Source of the DNA: Euryarchaeota archaeon UBA552
GTDB lineage: Archaea; Thermoplasmatota; Poseidoniia; Poseidoniales; Thalassarchaeaceae
Assembly: GCA_002499585.1 (NCBI GenBank)
Contig: DAMH01000009.1
Location: 3,396-67,395 of the forward strand
Reading direction: 5' to 3'
Length of the DNA stretch: 64,000 nucleotides
Below, piece after piece: positions 9,716-18,285 of this stretch. How positions within the stretch are numbered: position 1 is the stretch's first letter; each line of letters begins with the position of its first letter. The position numbers were made by a program, and so were the translations under genes. The notes beneath the pieces are model-generated. The model ran no database searches and was not told the DNA's origin. It saw nothing but the letters and a program-made list of their open reading frames with translations.

Positions 9716-12184
9716 ATGGCCATGCGGACAGTTTCAAGTTCCCTCGCACTCTTGATGGTCCTGACACTGGTATCCACATCCGTAACAGCATCAAATTTGC
9801 ACGCAGATGAATCAAAAATGTCCTCAGAATTAATCGACGAATTATCGAAATCTGGTGACATCGAGGCCATAATACAATTCAATCAAAAATCATCTGAAAA
9901 CATCTGGGAAGCTGTTGGATCATCAGGTGTTCAGGTTTTAGGGGAAATGTCTGTCATAGAAGGAGGTCTTGTTTCCGGTTCTGCCGAAGAATTGTCCAAA
10001 CTATCTCGATTCAGCTTCATCAAGCACATGGAATCTAACATAATGTTAGAACACTTTTTTCTTCCGGGCGATCAGAATGACGCTGAATCAATGATGCACG
10101 AGACAGTACATGTTGTGAATGCTAGCCTTGCATGGCACAGGGTCATAATCGGGACAGACGGCAATATCGAAACGGAGTTGGACATGTCTTTCTCCGAGTT
10201 CGATGGCAAAGGAGCCACAGCCGTCGACCTTGATACAGGAATCGACGGAGAGCATCCAGACTTCGATTGTGGCGAGCCGTGGTCCGGTGAAAAATTAATT
10301 TGGTCTGCAAAATGGACTGGCCTAGCATGGGTTGATGCACCAAATTGCAACTCAGATACCTCATCAGGACACGGAACTCATGTTGGGGGGACGATAGCAG
10401 GAAACGGAGACGCTTCAGCTGGAAGACATCTCGGTACTGCCAAGGGAGCCACCATTGTCGCACTAGGAACCGGTGATGGAGCATCGATATTCGCCGCTGT
10501 TCAAGGACTTGAATGGACCTATCAACACAGCAGACCAGGCTTGAATGAATTCAACATTCGCGTAGTTTCAAACTCATGGGGCACCAATGGGGACTACAAT
10601 CCAAACAACGCGGTAACAGTACTGACTGACATGCTCACTTATGACAACAGTGTTGCGGTGATATTCGCAGCTTCCAACTCCGGTGGGAGCGGGGAAGAGG
10701 GAGATGACGACCTCAGGACAAATGTTTACGCAAACACCCCCAGTGCAATCTCAATAGCGGCTTTAACCCACGATGGTGGCGCAGTGACATCATTCTCCAG
10801 TCGTGGATGGACCAATCAGCAACATACATGGCCAGATCTGGGGGCCCCCGGGAGAAACATATGGGCAACAGCACCCAGGGGGACGGCAATAGATGCATCG
10901 ACAACTGCGCAAGGTGATCTGTATTACATGGCTATCTCTGGAACTAGTATGGCAACTCCTCACATCGGAGGCATCGCTACTCTACTCTTGGCTGCCGCGC
11001 CTTCACTTGGAGTGGCCGACTACCAGACAGAGGATCATGATGAAGGTGATTCACTGTACTTCAACGGATCAGCGAAGGGGATTCAATTTGATAACTGGGA
11101 CCAAAGAAATGAATCACGAGTGCATGAAGTCGAGTTAATTCTTGAGCTTACCTCAAACTATGAAATTGTCAGAAACTCATGTGAAGAAGGCAACGATGAC
11201 GATCCCTGTGATAACATCCCAGCAGAATGCCACATATCAGAAAATACCGGGAAATGTCATGATTGGAGGGTAGGTCACGGATTAGTGGATACCGACAAGG
11301 CACTCGCGCTAGCCCGAACCCTGGAAATTATGAGAGACCCCAACGAGGACGGTTTCGTAGACCACCCCAGTGCGACGGTTTGGCATGCTTACGAACATTA
11401 TGAGGAAATTATGGACATTCGGGAAATTCCACTGAAAACAGACCAATTGAGACACTCTTGGAAAGGAGAATGGAGTCATTTTAACAACGGCCCGACAAGT
11501 ACCTTCGGAACCTATTCTACCGACGACAGGCACTATGTGTGGATACCAAATGGTACACTCGAGATGCAGATTTCATTCAGTTCTCTGGGGTGGGATACGA
11601 ACACGGCACAAGTAGCTCAGATCCGACCCAATGTCGATCTCGGATCCGATGGAAACGATGACGCACAGGGACAAGGCACCGCGGTTGGAGACACAATTTA
11701 CATTCAATTAGACGTCGAACCGGAACACTGGGCAAAATGGACAGAGTTCGATGTATCTGGAACGGCCTTATCCCTTCCCCTAAATTCGATTCTTTCCGGT
11801 TCGGAGTTTTTAGAACCAAGAGTTCCATACACAGTCGACGTCCTCCTTACAATGGACGTCTCACAAAAACTGGTTCTGGAGGTCCCGCTCAGAAATGATG
11901 GATACTCGGACTTAGATCCCGCTCCTCCATCAGATTTCTACGACCCAATATCGGCACACGACTTGATTATGCTGAGACATGTTTACGACGAGAGTGCTGT
12001 ACCTGCTTTTGAAGAACAAACTAGCTTCTTTTCAAACTCAGGAATCTCGGGTCTTTTCCTCATCTCAGTAATCCTATTGCTGATAGCTACCGCGGCCGGA
12101 ATATCAATTGCGGTGGTTTGGAAGAGGAGTAGCGAATTTGAATTTGAAGCTGAGATTGTCAGTGACTCCGAGCCCAATGAGTAA
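9716..12184 (+). CDS. secreted subtilisin-like serine protease (peptidase S8) with a C-terminal TM anchor
   Basis: Catalytic triad contexts AVDLDTGIDGEHPDF, GHGTHVGGTIAGNG and SGTSMATPHIGGIATLL. Signal-like N-terminus MAMRTVSSSLALLMVLTLVSTSVTA from ATG 9716. C-terminal helix GLFLISVILLLIATAAGISIAVVW. The first 31 codons of the track ORF overlap tRNA-Arg and are discarded. Confidence 0.85.
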   Translation: MAMRTVSSSLALLMVLTLVSTSVTASNLHADESKMSSELIDELSKSGDIEAIIQFNQKSSENIWEAVGSSGVQVLGEMSVIEGGLVSGSAEELSKLSRFSFIKHMESNIMLEHFFLPGDQNDAESMMHETVHVVNASLAWHRVIIGTDGNIETELDMSFSEFDGKGATAVDLDTGIDGEHPDFDCGEPWSGEKLIWSAKWTGLAWVDAPNCNSDTSSGHGTHVGGTIAGNGDASAGRHLGTAKGATIVALGTGDGASIFAAVQGLEWTYQHSRPGLNEFNIRVVSNSWGTNGDYNPNNAVTVLTDMLTYDNSVAVIFAASNSGGSGEEGDDDLRTNVYANTPSAISIAALTHDGGAVTSFSSRGWTNQQHTWPDLGAPGRNIWATAPRGTAIDASTTAQGDLYYMAISGTSMATPHIGGIATLLLAAAPSLGVADYQTEDHDEGDSLYFNGSAKGIQFDNWDQRNESRVHEVELILELTSNYEIVRNSCEEGNDDDPCDNIPAECHISENTGKCHDWRVGHGLVDTDKALALARTLEIMRDPNEDGFVDHPSATVWHAYEHYEEIMDIREIPLKTDQLRHSWKGEWSHFNNGPTSTFGTYSTDDRHYVWIPNGTLEMQISFSSLGWDTNTAQVAQIRPNVDLGSDGNDDAQGQGTAVGDTIYIQLDVEPEHWAKWTEFDVSGTALSLPLNSILSGSEFLEPRVPYTVDVLLTMDVSQKLVLEVPLRNDGYSDLDPAPPSDFYDPISAHDLIMLRHVYDESAVPAFEEQTSFFSNSGISGLFLISVILLLIATAAGISIAVVWKRSSEFEFEAEIVSDSEPNE

Positions 12185-13232
12185 TAGAATCCCCTTCGCT
12201 TTCCTCTTTAGATAATTCGACAAGGCCTGCGTCAATCAGACTGCCCTTTCCAAAAACATCGGTCTCCCCGGATCCTATATCAATGGGGCTTTCGATCAGC
12301 AGGGCCCTGTCAACCGTACCAGAATCAAGAAATCTTTTCCAAGTTTTTGGGCCTCCTTCAACAATAAGTGACTGTATTTTGAGATCCCCTAGAAGGTCGA
12401 GCAATCTCTCAACCTCAATTTCGTCTCCCATGGTAGGGATCACGTACCTGTCTACATGTTGTGGACTGTCCCTCAGAATCTCCTTTGAATGAATCAGAAT
12501 AACCCTTGAAGACCCTATTTCCATTAGCTTGGAGTTCTCTGGAGTCTTGCCAGATGGATCGATTACCACTCTTGTAGGCTGTATTTTTGCACCTACCCCT
12601 CTGGCTGTAAGCTCAGGGTTATCACGAAGCACAGTATTTACGCCAACAAGAATTGCCATGTTCTCTGACCTTGTTTTGTGCGATCTGTTGATGGAAGCAT
12701 TCGAAGTAAATCGTTCTGATGGGGAACTTCCATCGTTATCCACTCGACCTTTGCAGTCCACGGCCGCCTTTAGTAAAACAAGAGGACGCCTCTTCTCGCA
12801 CCAGTGAATAAATTCAATCATCTGATTGGAACAATCTTTCTCCAGAACCCCATTTTCAACATCAATACCCCCTTCCATCAGAGTTGACATACCTCCTCCT
12901 CTAACAGTCGGATTAGGATCCAATGAACCAATCACAACACGTTCAACTCCCGCCCACAGAAGGGCCTCTGTGCAGGGGGGAGTCCTTCCATGGTGATTGC
13001 ACGGCTCTAGTGTGACGTATGCAGTGGACCCTATCGTAGATATTCCACGTTCTTCAGCATCTGCAATTGCAGCTTGTTCTGCATGAAGACCCCCAATATG
13101 ATCATGCCACCCCTCAGCAATTACCTCACCATCTCTCACTAGGACACAGCCAACTAGTGGATTAGGGTGAACTCTTCCCCTCCCCTTCTCGGCGATTTCT
13201 ATGGCGCGCCTCATGAAATCCTCCGCTGCCAT
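12159..13232 (-). CDS. ribD: bifunctional riboflavin biosynthesis protein RibD (pyrimidine deaminase + reductase)
   Basis: Deaminase Zn motifs LHAEQAAI and TLEPCNHHGRTPPC, followed by a reductase half (LLKAAVDCKGRV, LIVEGGPKTW). The 3' end overlaps the convergent protease gene by 26 nt. Confidence 0.85.
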   Translation of the reverse strand: MAAEDFMRRAIEIAEKGRGRVHPNPLVGCVLVRDGEVIAEGWHDHIGGLHAEQAAIADAEERGISTIGSTAYVTLEPCNHHGRTPPCTEALLWAGVERVVIGSLDPNPTVRGGGMSTLMEGGIDVENGVLEKDCSNQMIEFIHWCEKRRPLVLLKAAVDCKGRVDNDGSSPSERFTSNASINRSHKTRSENMAILVGVNTVLRDNPELTARGVGAKIQPTRVVIDPSGKTPENSKLMEIGSSRVILIHSKEILRDSPQHVDRYVIPTMGDEIEVERLLDLLGDLKIQSLIVEGGPKTWKRFLDSGTVDRALLIESPIDIGSGETDVFGKGSLIDAGLVELSKEESEGDSITHWARSH

Positions 13233-13308
13233 AACACTCCCAACAAGTACTTCCTCATCACTCCTCGTATCGAGCCTTTGAAGTCTTCAGGCCTCTGTGG
13301 CCCCATTG

Positions 13309-14337
13309 ATGCGGATAGCGTGTATTGTGAATCCTCACGCCAGAGACGGGAAATTAGGTAATAACTTCCCCAAAGTCGAGGCCGAATTAAGGAAAGCAGA
13401 AATAGAATTTGATGTGTTTATGACGGAAGGATGCGGCCACGCAATCGAGATTTCGTCAAACCTCAGAGAAACCGATCATGATTTGGTGGTCGCAGTTGGA
13501 GGTGACGGGACGGTTCATGAGGTAGCTAACGGTCTCAGGAAATCAAAACAATTGATGGGCATAATACCAATGGGAAATGGAGATGATTTCGCCAGATCTG
13601 TAGGAATACCAATCAATGATCTTGGGGGGGCTGTTTCAATTCTCAGAGAAGGCACAGACTATTTGGTCGGAGGAATACGGGTAGAGGGTCTTAGAGCTCC
13701 GGACCACCCAGGAATCAGCTCTCCGAAGCACTACGAAGTGACCGGAGAGCCCAATAAAACGGGAAACCTGGTCAGATGGGCTTTTTTGGAGTGTGATGGA
13801 GGAGTTACGTCCTCAATAAACAGAATGAAGGACGAGGGCTTCTTCTCTTGGATTAGCGGCCAGAAGAAATACACCTTCCTAGCTATCAAAGCCATCCTAG
13901 GATGGAAAAGTCAAATGGCGTGGATAAGCGTAAATGACAGCCCAGGAATAACAGTAGATTTGACAGGATTGTTCGCCATGATGCAAGCAGAGACCTTCGG
14001 CGGTGGCTACAGGATCGCACCAGGTGCGCATCCATTCGGTGAGAATGCCAAGATTGTCCTTGGCTTCGGGTTATCAAAAGGTCAGATGCTAAGAGTCATG
14101 GGCCCAGTGCAAAAAGGAAAGCACATAGGTAAGTGGGGGAAAATAACGATGCAGTCTTGCACATCTTTTGAAATCAGGGCCCTTGATGAGAACGGGAAAC
14201 CAACGGATCAACATGGCCACGACCCGCCTTTATTCATAAGTCTAGATGGAGAGATATCAATGACCACTCCGGTCAGGTTCGAATTCCATAAAAATCAACT
14301 CAACGTCCGCGGAGGGCACAGTCCACCGAATGTTTAG
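13309..14337 (+). CDS. diacylglycerol-kinase-family lipid kinase (YegS/DAGK catalytic domain)
   Basis: MRIACIVNPHARDGK start context and VVAVGGDGTVHEVANGL. ATG 13309 is preferred over GTG 13297. Confidence 0.75.
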   Translation: MRIACIVNPHARDGKLGNNFPKVEAELRKAEIEFDVFMTEGCGHAIEISSNLRETDHDLVVAVGGDGTVHEVANGLRKSKQLMGIIPMGNGDDFARSVGIPINDLGGAVSILREGTDYLVGGIRVEGLRAPDHPGISSPKHYEVTGEPNKTGNLVRWAFLECDGGVTSSINRMKDEGFFSWISGQKKYTFLAIKAILGWKSQMAWISVNDSPGITVDLTGLFAMMQAETFGGGYRIAPGAHPFGENAKIVLGFGLSKGQMLRVMGPVQKGKHIGKWGKITMQSCTSFEIRALDENGKPTDQHGHDPPLFISLDGEISMTTPVRFEFHKNQLNVRGGHSPPNV

Positions 14338-14423
14338 TGGCGCAGACGGAGAGATTCGAACTCCCGAGTCCGAGGGACACCGGATTTCAAATCCGGCGCA
14401 ATACCAGGCTATGCGACGTCTGC
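14338..14423 (-). tRNA. tRNA-Ser (anticodon TGA), class II with long variable arm, CCA encoded
   Basis: The reverse complement reads GCAGACG-TC-GCATAGCCTGGTATTGC-G-CCGGA-TTTGAAA-TCCGG-TGTCCCTCGGACT-C-GGGAG-TTCGAAT-CTCTC-CGTCTGC-G-CCA. It abuts the stop of the lipid kinase gene. Confidence 0.8.
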
Positions 14424-14468
14424 AGCAATCGCTACGCAATCGATCAAGACGAATGAACCTTACAGGTA

Positions 14469-14834
14469 CTAGAGGCCCCATGTGCCTGGTCTGCACCATG
14501 CAGGCAATCCGGTGGCGGCATCTGGGTGGGTCAGTCCGATGAAAAGAATCATGATGAGGATGAAGAAGGCAGGAAATAGCGCTGTCATGGTTAGAATGCC
14601 TGAATCAGGGTCGCCGTAAAGGTGCATAAATATCGCAGCAATCATGAAGAATTTTGGAATTGCGATGATTGTCAGGATCCATAGTGTAATACCGTCTTCT
14701 GTCATATTCAGCGCTTCTGCAGTTGCATTCATGTCCGCGCCGACTGCACCTACTTCAATCGCCGTCAGCAACATTAGGCCATAGAAATTCATCCAGTAGG
14801 GGTCTCTTCCAAGAATTTTGTAATGCGCCATCAT
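14469..14834 (-). CDS. small hydrophobic oxidase subunit (prokaryotic cytochrome oxidase subunit IV-like)
   Basis: 121 aa with 3 TM helices. IPKFFMIAAIFMHLYG matches the K-x-LV-x-FMHL pattern of the COX4_pro family. It is the last gene of the cox operon. Confidence 0.5.
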   Translation of the reverse strand: MMAHYKILGRDPYWMNFYGLMLLTAIEVGAVGADMNATAEALNMTEDGITLWILTIIAIPKFFMIAAIFMHLYGDPDSGILTMTALFPAFFILIMILFIGLTHPDAATGLPAWCRPGTWGL

Positions 14835-14841
14835 TTACACC

Positions 14842-15918
14842 TCAATACAGATAGAAGAATGGGAATACAATGACCCATACCAGATCAACGAAATGCCAAT
14901 AGAGCCCGAAATACTCAATGGAAACTGCATTACTCGGGCTGTATCCCCCTCGCCATGCTTTGAAAGTCATGTAAGTGAGGCCTAGTATACCACCGGCAAC
15001 GTGGGCGCCATGGGTGCCAGTTGTTACATAAAATGTGGAAGCGGAAACCCTGATGTTTGCAGTCATGTGAGCTCCTGTAGCTTCATCCACGTAACTATGA
15101 TGTTGATAATTATCAGCTCCGATGGTGTATCCTTCCTCTACCAGTGATTTTATGTCGTGCTCGTGTATGAACCCCAAATCTGGTATGTAAAAACCTACGA
15201 ACCACTCGACCATTTTCAGTGTAAGGAACATTATCGCCAGAATCCAAGTTGTGGCTAAAAACATCGTAACCCTCTTCCTTCTAAACTCTTCATCAATATC
15301 CGTCTTCTTGGCGTATCGTAGGGCCTGAACTATCGTAAATGAGGATATGATCAGTGCAAATGTGTTTACCGCACCGGGTGCTAGGTGCCACCAACTTGAT
15401 GCGATGAGGTGGCTTGCTGGCTCAAAGCAGGTGACCGGTACAGCCTCTTGCCAGCCAGTTGGATTGGTAACAGGGTCAAACAACCCGTCAGCGAAGACAT
15501 CGTCACATCTTCGGAGCCCAAGCCTGTATCTCATGTAGGTACTAAACAGAGATGTGAATACCATCATCTCCGACATTAGAAACATGAACATCCCGACTTT
15601 CCTGATTTGTATATTCTTGAATGGGGAGCCGGTTGCAAGCGGTTCGTAGGTCCCATCGAATGAAAGGTCCTGACGCCAGAAGACAAACATCCCAACCATC
15701 GTTATTACCATGGCGATGAATAACCATACCAAACCCTCGCCAGTGTAGACGTGTTTTGATATCTCCAAGTCGTAATCGAACATACCAGCGAGTACGAACA
15801 GGAATAGCCCGATACCCACACTCATGACGATCGGAGCAAACGAATTGTGTGGAGCACCGTGGCTCCAGTCATGAGGCCCCCAGGGACTCGGATGATGGTC
15901 ATGGTGCTCATCACTCAA
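14842..15918 (-). CDS. coxC: haem-copper oxidase subunit III
   Basis: N-terminus HHDHHPSPWGPHDW and C-terminus YWHFVDLVWVIVFPFFYLY. At 358 aa it is longer than usual. The TTG start overlaps the coxA TGA (TTGA at 15915-15918). Confidence 0.8.
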   Translation of the reverse strand: MSDEHHDHHPSPWGPHDWSHGAPHNSFAPIVMSVGIGLFLFVLAGMFDYDLEISKHVYTGEGLVWLFIAMVITMVGMFVFWRQDLSFDGTYEPLATGSPFKNIQIRKVGMFMFLMSEMMVFTSLFSTYMRYRLGLRRCDDVFADGLFDPVTNPTGWQEAVPVTCFEPASHLIASSWWHLAPGAVNTFALIISSFTIVQALRYAKKTDIDEEFRRKRVTMFLATTWILAIMFLTLKMVEWFVGFYIPDLGFIHEHDIKSLVEEGYTIGADNYQHHSYVDEATGAHMTANIRVSASTFYVTTGTHGAHVAGGILGLTYMTFKAWRGGYSPSNAVSIEYFGLYWHFVDLVWVIVFPFFYLY

Positions 15919-18275
15919 TGGACCACCTCCTCATTACCGTCATCAGGGACCATGAGGCGACTAAACCATCTTGAGAACCACCCTGGCTCACTTGTGACAT
16001 GTTCATTCGCATCTCTCAGGACCGGCAAATCGTACCAAACTCCATCGACATAACGTCCAAATGATGGAGTTGGGGGCGGGGAGGAAGTCATCCACTCGAA
16101 GGACCAACCGCCCCATGGATCGGCGGGAGCTTTCGCCCCCCTGAGGTAGGATATCACCATGTTGGCTACCATGATGAAGTTTGAGAGGAAGAAGAGGAAT
16201 GCTGAGACTGATATGAATAGATTCCAATCGGCCGCCTCGGGGGGGAGATTGGCAAAATCATCTGTGCTGATGAAGTAGGTATGATGCCTTCTGGCCATTC
16301 CCCATACTCCAAGTCTGTGCATTGGCCAAAAGACGCCGTTGTACGAAATGAATGCCGTGAGGAAATGGAGGGTTCCGAGACGTTCATCCATCATCCTGCC
16401 AGTCATCTTGGGATACCAGTAGTAAATCGCAGCGAAGAATCCGAATACAGTGCCTCCTACCAAGACATAGTGGAAGTGGGCGACTACGAAGTAACTCTCA
16501 TGCAGATGGGTATCCATGGCTATGGAGGGAAAGAACATCCCGGATATTCCACCTAGTGTGAACGTAACAAGGAATCCCAAGGCCCAAAGTGTGTGAGTCC
16601 TGTAGACCAATGATCCCCCGTGCATGGTTTTAAGCCAATTGAAAATTTTGATCCCTGTCGGAACGGCGACTAACATGGTTGTTACCATCGTCACGAATCT
16701 CAAGACAGGAGACATGCCTGATGTGAACATGTGGTGACCGTAAACGATGAAGGCAACTACTCCGATCCCAGCAAGCGCGAAAACCATGGACTTGTATCCG
16801 AAAATCGACCTTCTCGATGAGGTTGCCAAGACCTCTGATATGACTCCAAACGCTGGCACTATTACAACGTAGACCTCAGGATGACCGAAGTACCAGAACA
16901 AATGACTCCACAATAGAGGGTCGCCACCTGCTCCCACATCGTAGAATGCAGTGCCTACAACCCTGTCCAGATACACCTGAATCAGTCCGACTCCGAATGC
17001 AGGTATCGATAGGAATAACATCAGGTTGGCAATTAGTATGGACCAAGTGAATAGCGGCATCTGCATCCAACCCATTCCTTCTGCCCTCATCACAGCAATC
17101 GTTGTGAGGAAGTTTATTCCAGTCAATGTTGATGAGGCTACAAGCATTATTTGGCCTGCTGCCCAGAAGGTGTTACCGTCATGCCCATTCACCATGTCGA
17201 CCACGTATGGGGCGTATCCAGTCCATCCTGTGTCGGCTCCTTGGCCGGAGAAGACGCCTGTGAAAATCAGTAAAGCCCCAACAGGCTGTAACCAGAACGA
17301 CATAGCGTTCAATCTCGGCATTGCCAGGTCTGGAGCACCAATCTGAAGAGGGACCATCCAATTTGAGAATCCATTGATTAACGGCATAGCAGCTAGGAAG
17401 ATCATTGTGGTTCCGTGCAAGGTAAAGAATTGATTGTATTGATCCTGGGTCAAGAAGTCATTACCCGGGGTTGCTAGTTGAACTCTGATGAATAGGGCCA
17501 TTATTCCTCCTATTCCGAGGAAGAATAAACCAGCAAGGAAGTACAGTGTGCCAATCTTTTTGTGATCTGTAGTTGTTAGCCAATCAGTAATCCACGGTGA
17601 AAACGTTTCCCAACTGAAACCATCGGGGTCAGACCTATAGAATCCATAAAGTACAGTTATGGCGATAAGAGCAAGTGCGATTATAATCAGAGTTGCGAGA
17701 ACCACGAATGGTTCTGGGGCCTCAGGGATTATTTCTCCGACCAATCCAAAGGATGACTGCAGAGTGTAATCTGCTCGATTCCACTGATCCAGCTGTCCCG
17801 TTTGTAGGCCGTCTCCGTTAACGGAGTTCACATGAAGAATAAAATCGACTTCTTTGCCACTCACTGGGGCCGTCCAATCTACAACCCACGATTTGTAGTC
17901 GTTCCCGGCCTCGGTATGCACGACTTCGTTTACCGATCCAGCCCACAGTGAGGTGAGCCCGTCTGTTGGTGTGAATGCCCCTTCTGAAGCCCAAAGGTTG
18001 AATCCGCCGAGATTAATATTCCCTATCTGCGATGGCCCTCCATCAAATGAAATGGTTAGTCTGTAGGTCTCTGAGGCGTTGTATTGTTCTGGAAAACCCT
18101 GAATATCTGCTGTAACAGTAGAATCAGCGTTTGAATTGTGGCAGTTACATCCTGCGGTCTGGATTGAAGACCCTCCGATTCCAGTAGGCAGCGACGATGC
18201 CAGAGGAGACAGAAGGAGTACTCCAACAACAATGGATATTGCTGCAAAAGCTCTGTTTAGACTGTTTTTCCTCAT
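15915..18275 (-). CDS. coxA: A-type haem-copper oxidase subunit I with a ~225-aa N-terminal extension (signal peptide + secreted domain + extra TM helix)
   Basis: Core begins at TTDHKKIGTLYF (residue ~236). WYFGHPEVYVVIVPAFG, GHHMFTSG and FVVAHFHYVLVGG are present. Residues 1-225 read MRKNSLNRAFAAISIVVGVLLLSPLASS, then a soluble domain, then the TM helix FVVLATLIIIALALIAITVLYGFY. Confidence 0.9.
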   Translation of the reverse strand: MRKNSLNRAFAAISIVVGVLLLSPLASSLPTGIGGSSIQTAGCNCHNSNADSTVTADIQGFPEQYNASETYRLTISFDGGPSQIGNINLGGFNLWASEGAFTPTDGLTSLWAGSVNEVVHTEAGNDYKSWVVDWTAPVSGKEVDFILHVNSVNGDGLQTGQLDQWNRADYTLQSSFGLVGEIIPEAPEPFVVLATLIIIALALIAITVLYGFYRSDPDGFSWETFSPWITDWLTTTDHKKIGTLYFLAGLFFLGIGGIMALFIRVQLATPGNDFLTQDQYNQFFTLHGTTMIFLAAMPLINGFSNWMVPLQIGAPDLAMPRLNAMSFWLQPVGALLIFTGVFSGQGADTGWTGYAPYVVDMVNGHDGNTFWAAGQIMLVASSTLTGINFLTTIAVMRAEGMGWMQMPLFTWSILIANLMLFLSIPAFGVGLIQVYLDRVVGTAFYDVGAGGDPLLWSHLFWYFGHPEVYVVIVPAFGVISEVLATSSRRSIFGYKSMVFALAGIGVVAFIVYGHHMFTSGMSPVLRFVTMVTTMLVAVPTGIKIFNWLKTMHGGSLVYRTHTLWALGFLVTFTLGGISGMFFPSIAMDTHLHESYFVVAHFHYVLVGGTVFGFFAAIYYWYPKMTGRMMDERLGTLHFLTAFISYNGVFWPMHRLGVWGMARRHHTYFISTDDFANLPPEAADWNLFISVSAFLFFLSNFIMVANMVISYLRGAKAPADPWGGWSFEWMTSSPPPTPSFGRYVDGVWYDLPVLRDANEHVTSEPGWFSRWFSRLMVPDDGNEEVVH

Positions 18276-18285
18276 GGCCCCACCT

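Noticed and set aside
9580-9882. ORF 9580..9882 (-) and the first 31 codons of ORF 9623..12184 (+).
   Set aside because: Both overlap the well-folded tRNA-Arg gene. The protease has a proper signal peptide starting at ATG 9716.
14257-14542. ORFs 14257..14499 (-) and 14330..14542 (+).
   Set aside because: They span tRNA-Ser(TGA) and the ends of flanking genes, with no coding signal of their own.
18138-18149. The CNCH motif in the CoxI N-terminal domain as a c-type haem attachment site.
   Set aside because: It reads C-x-C-H, with one residue between the cysteines, not the canonical CxxCH. No cytochrome c maturation genes are visible in the window. It is kept only as a possible metal ligand within the CoxI finding.
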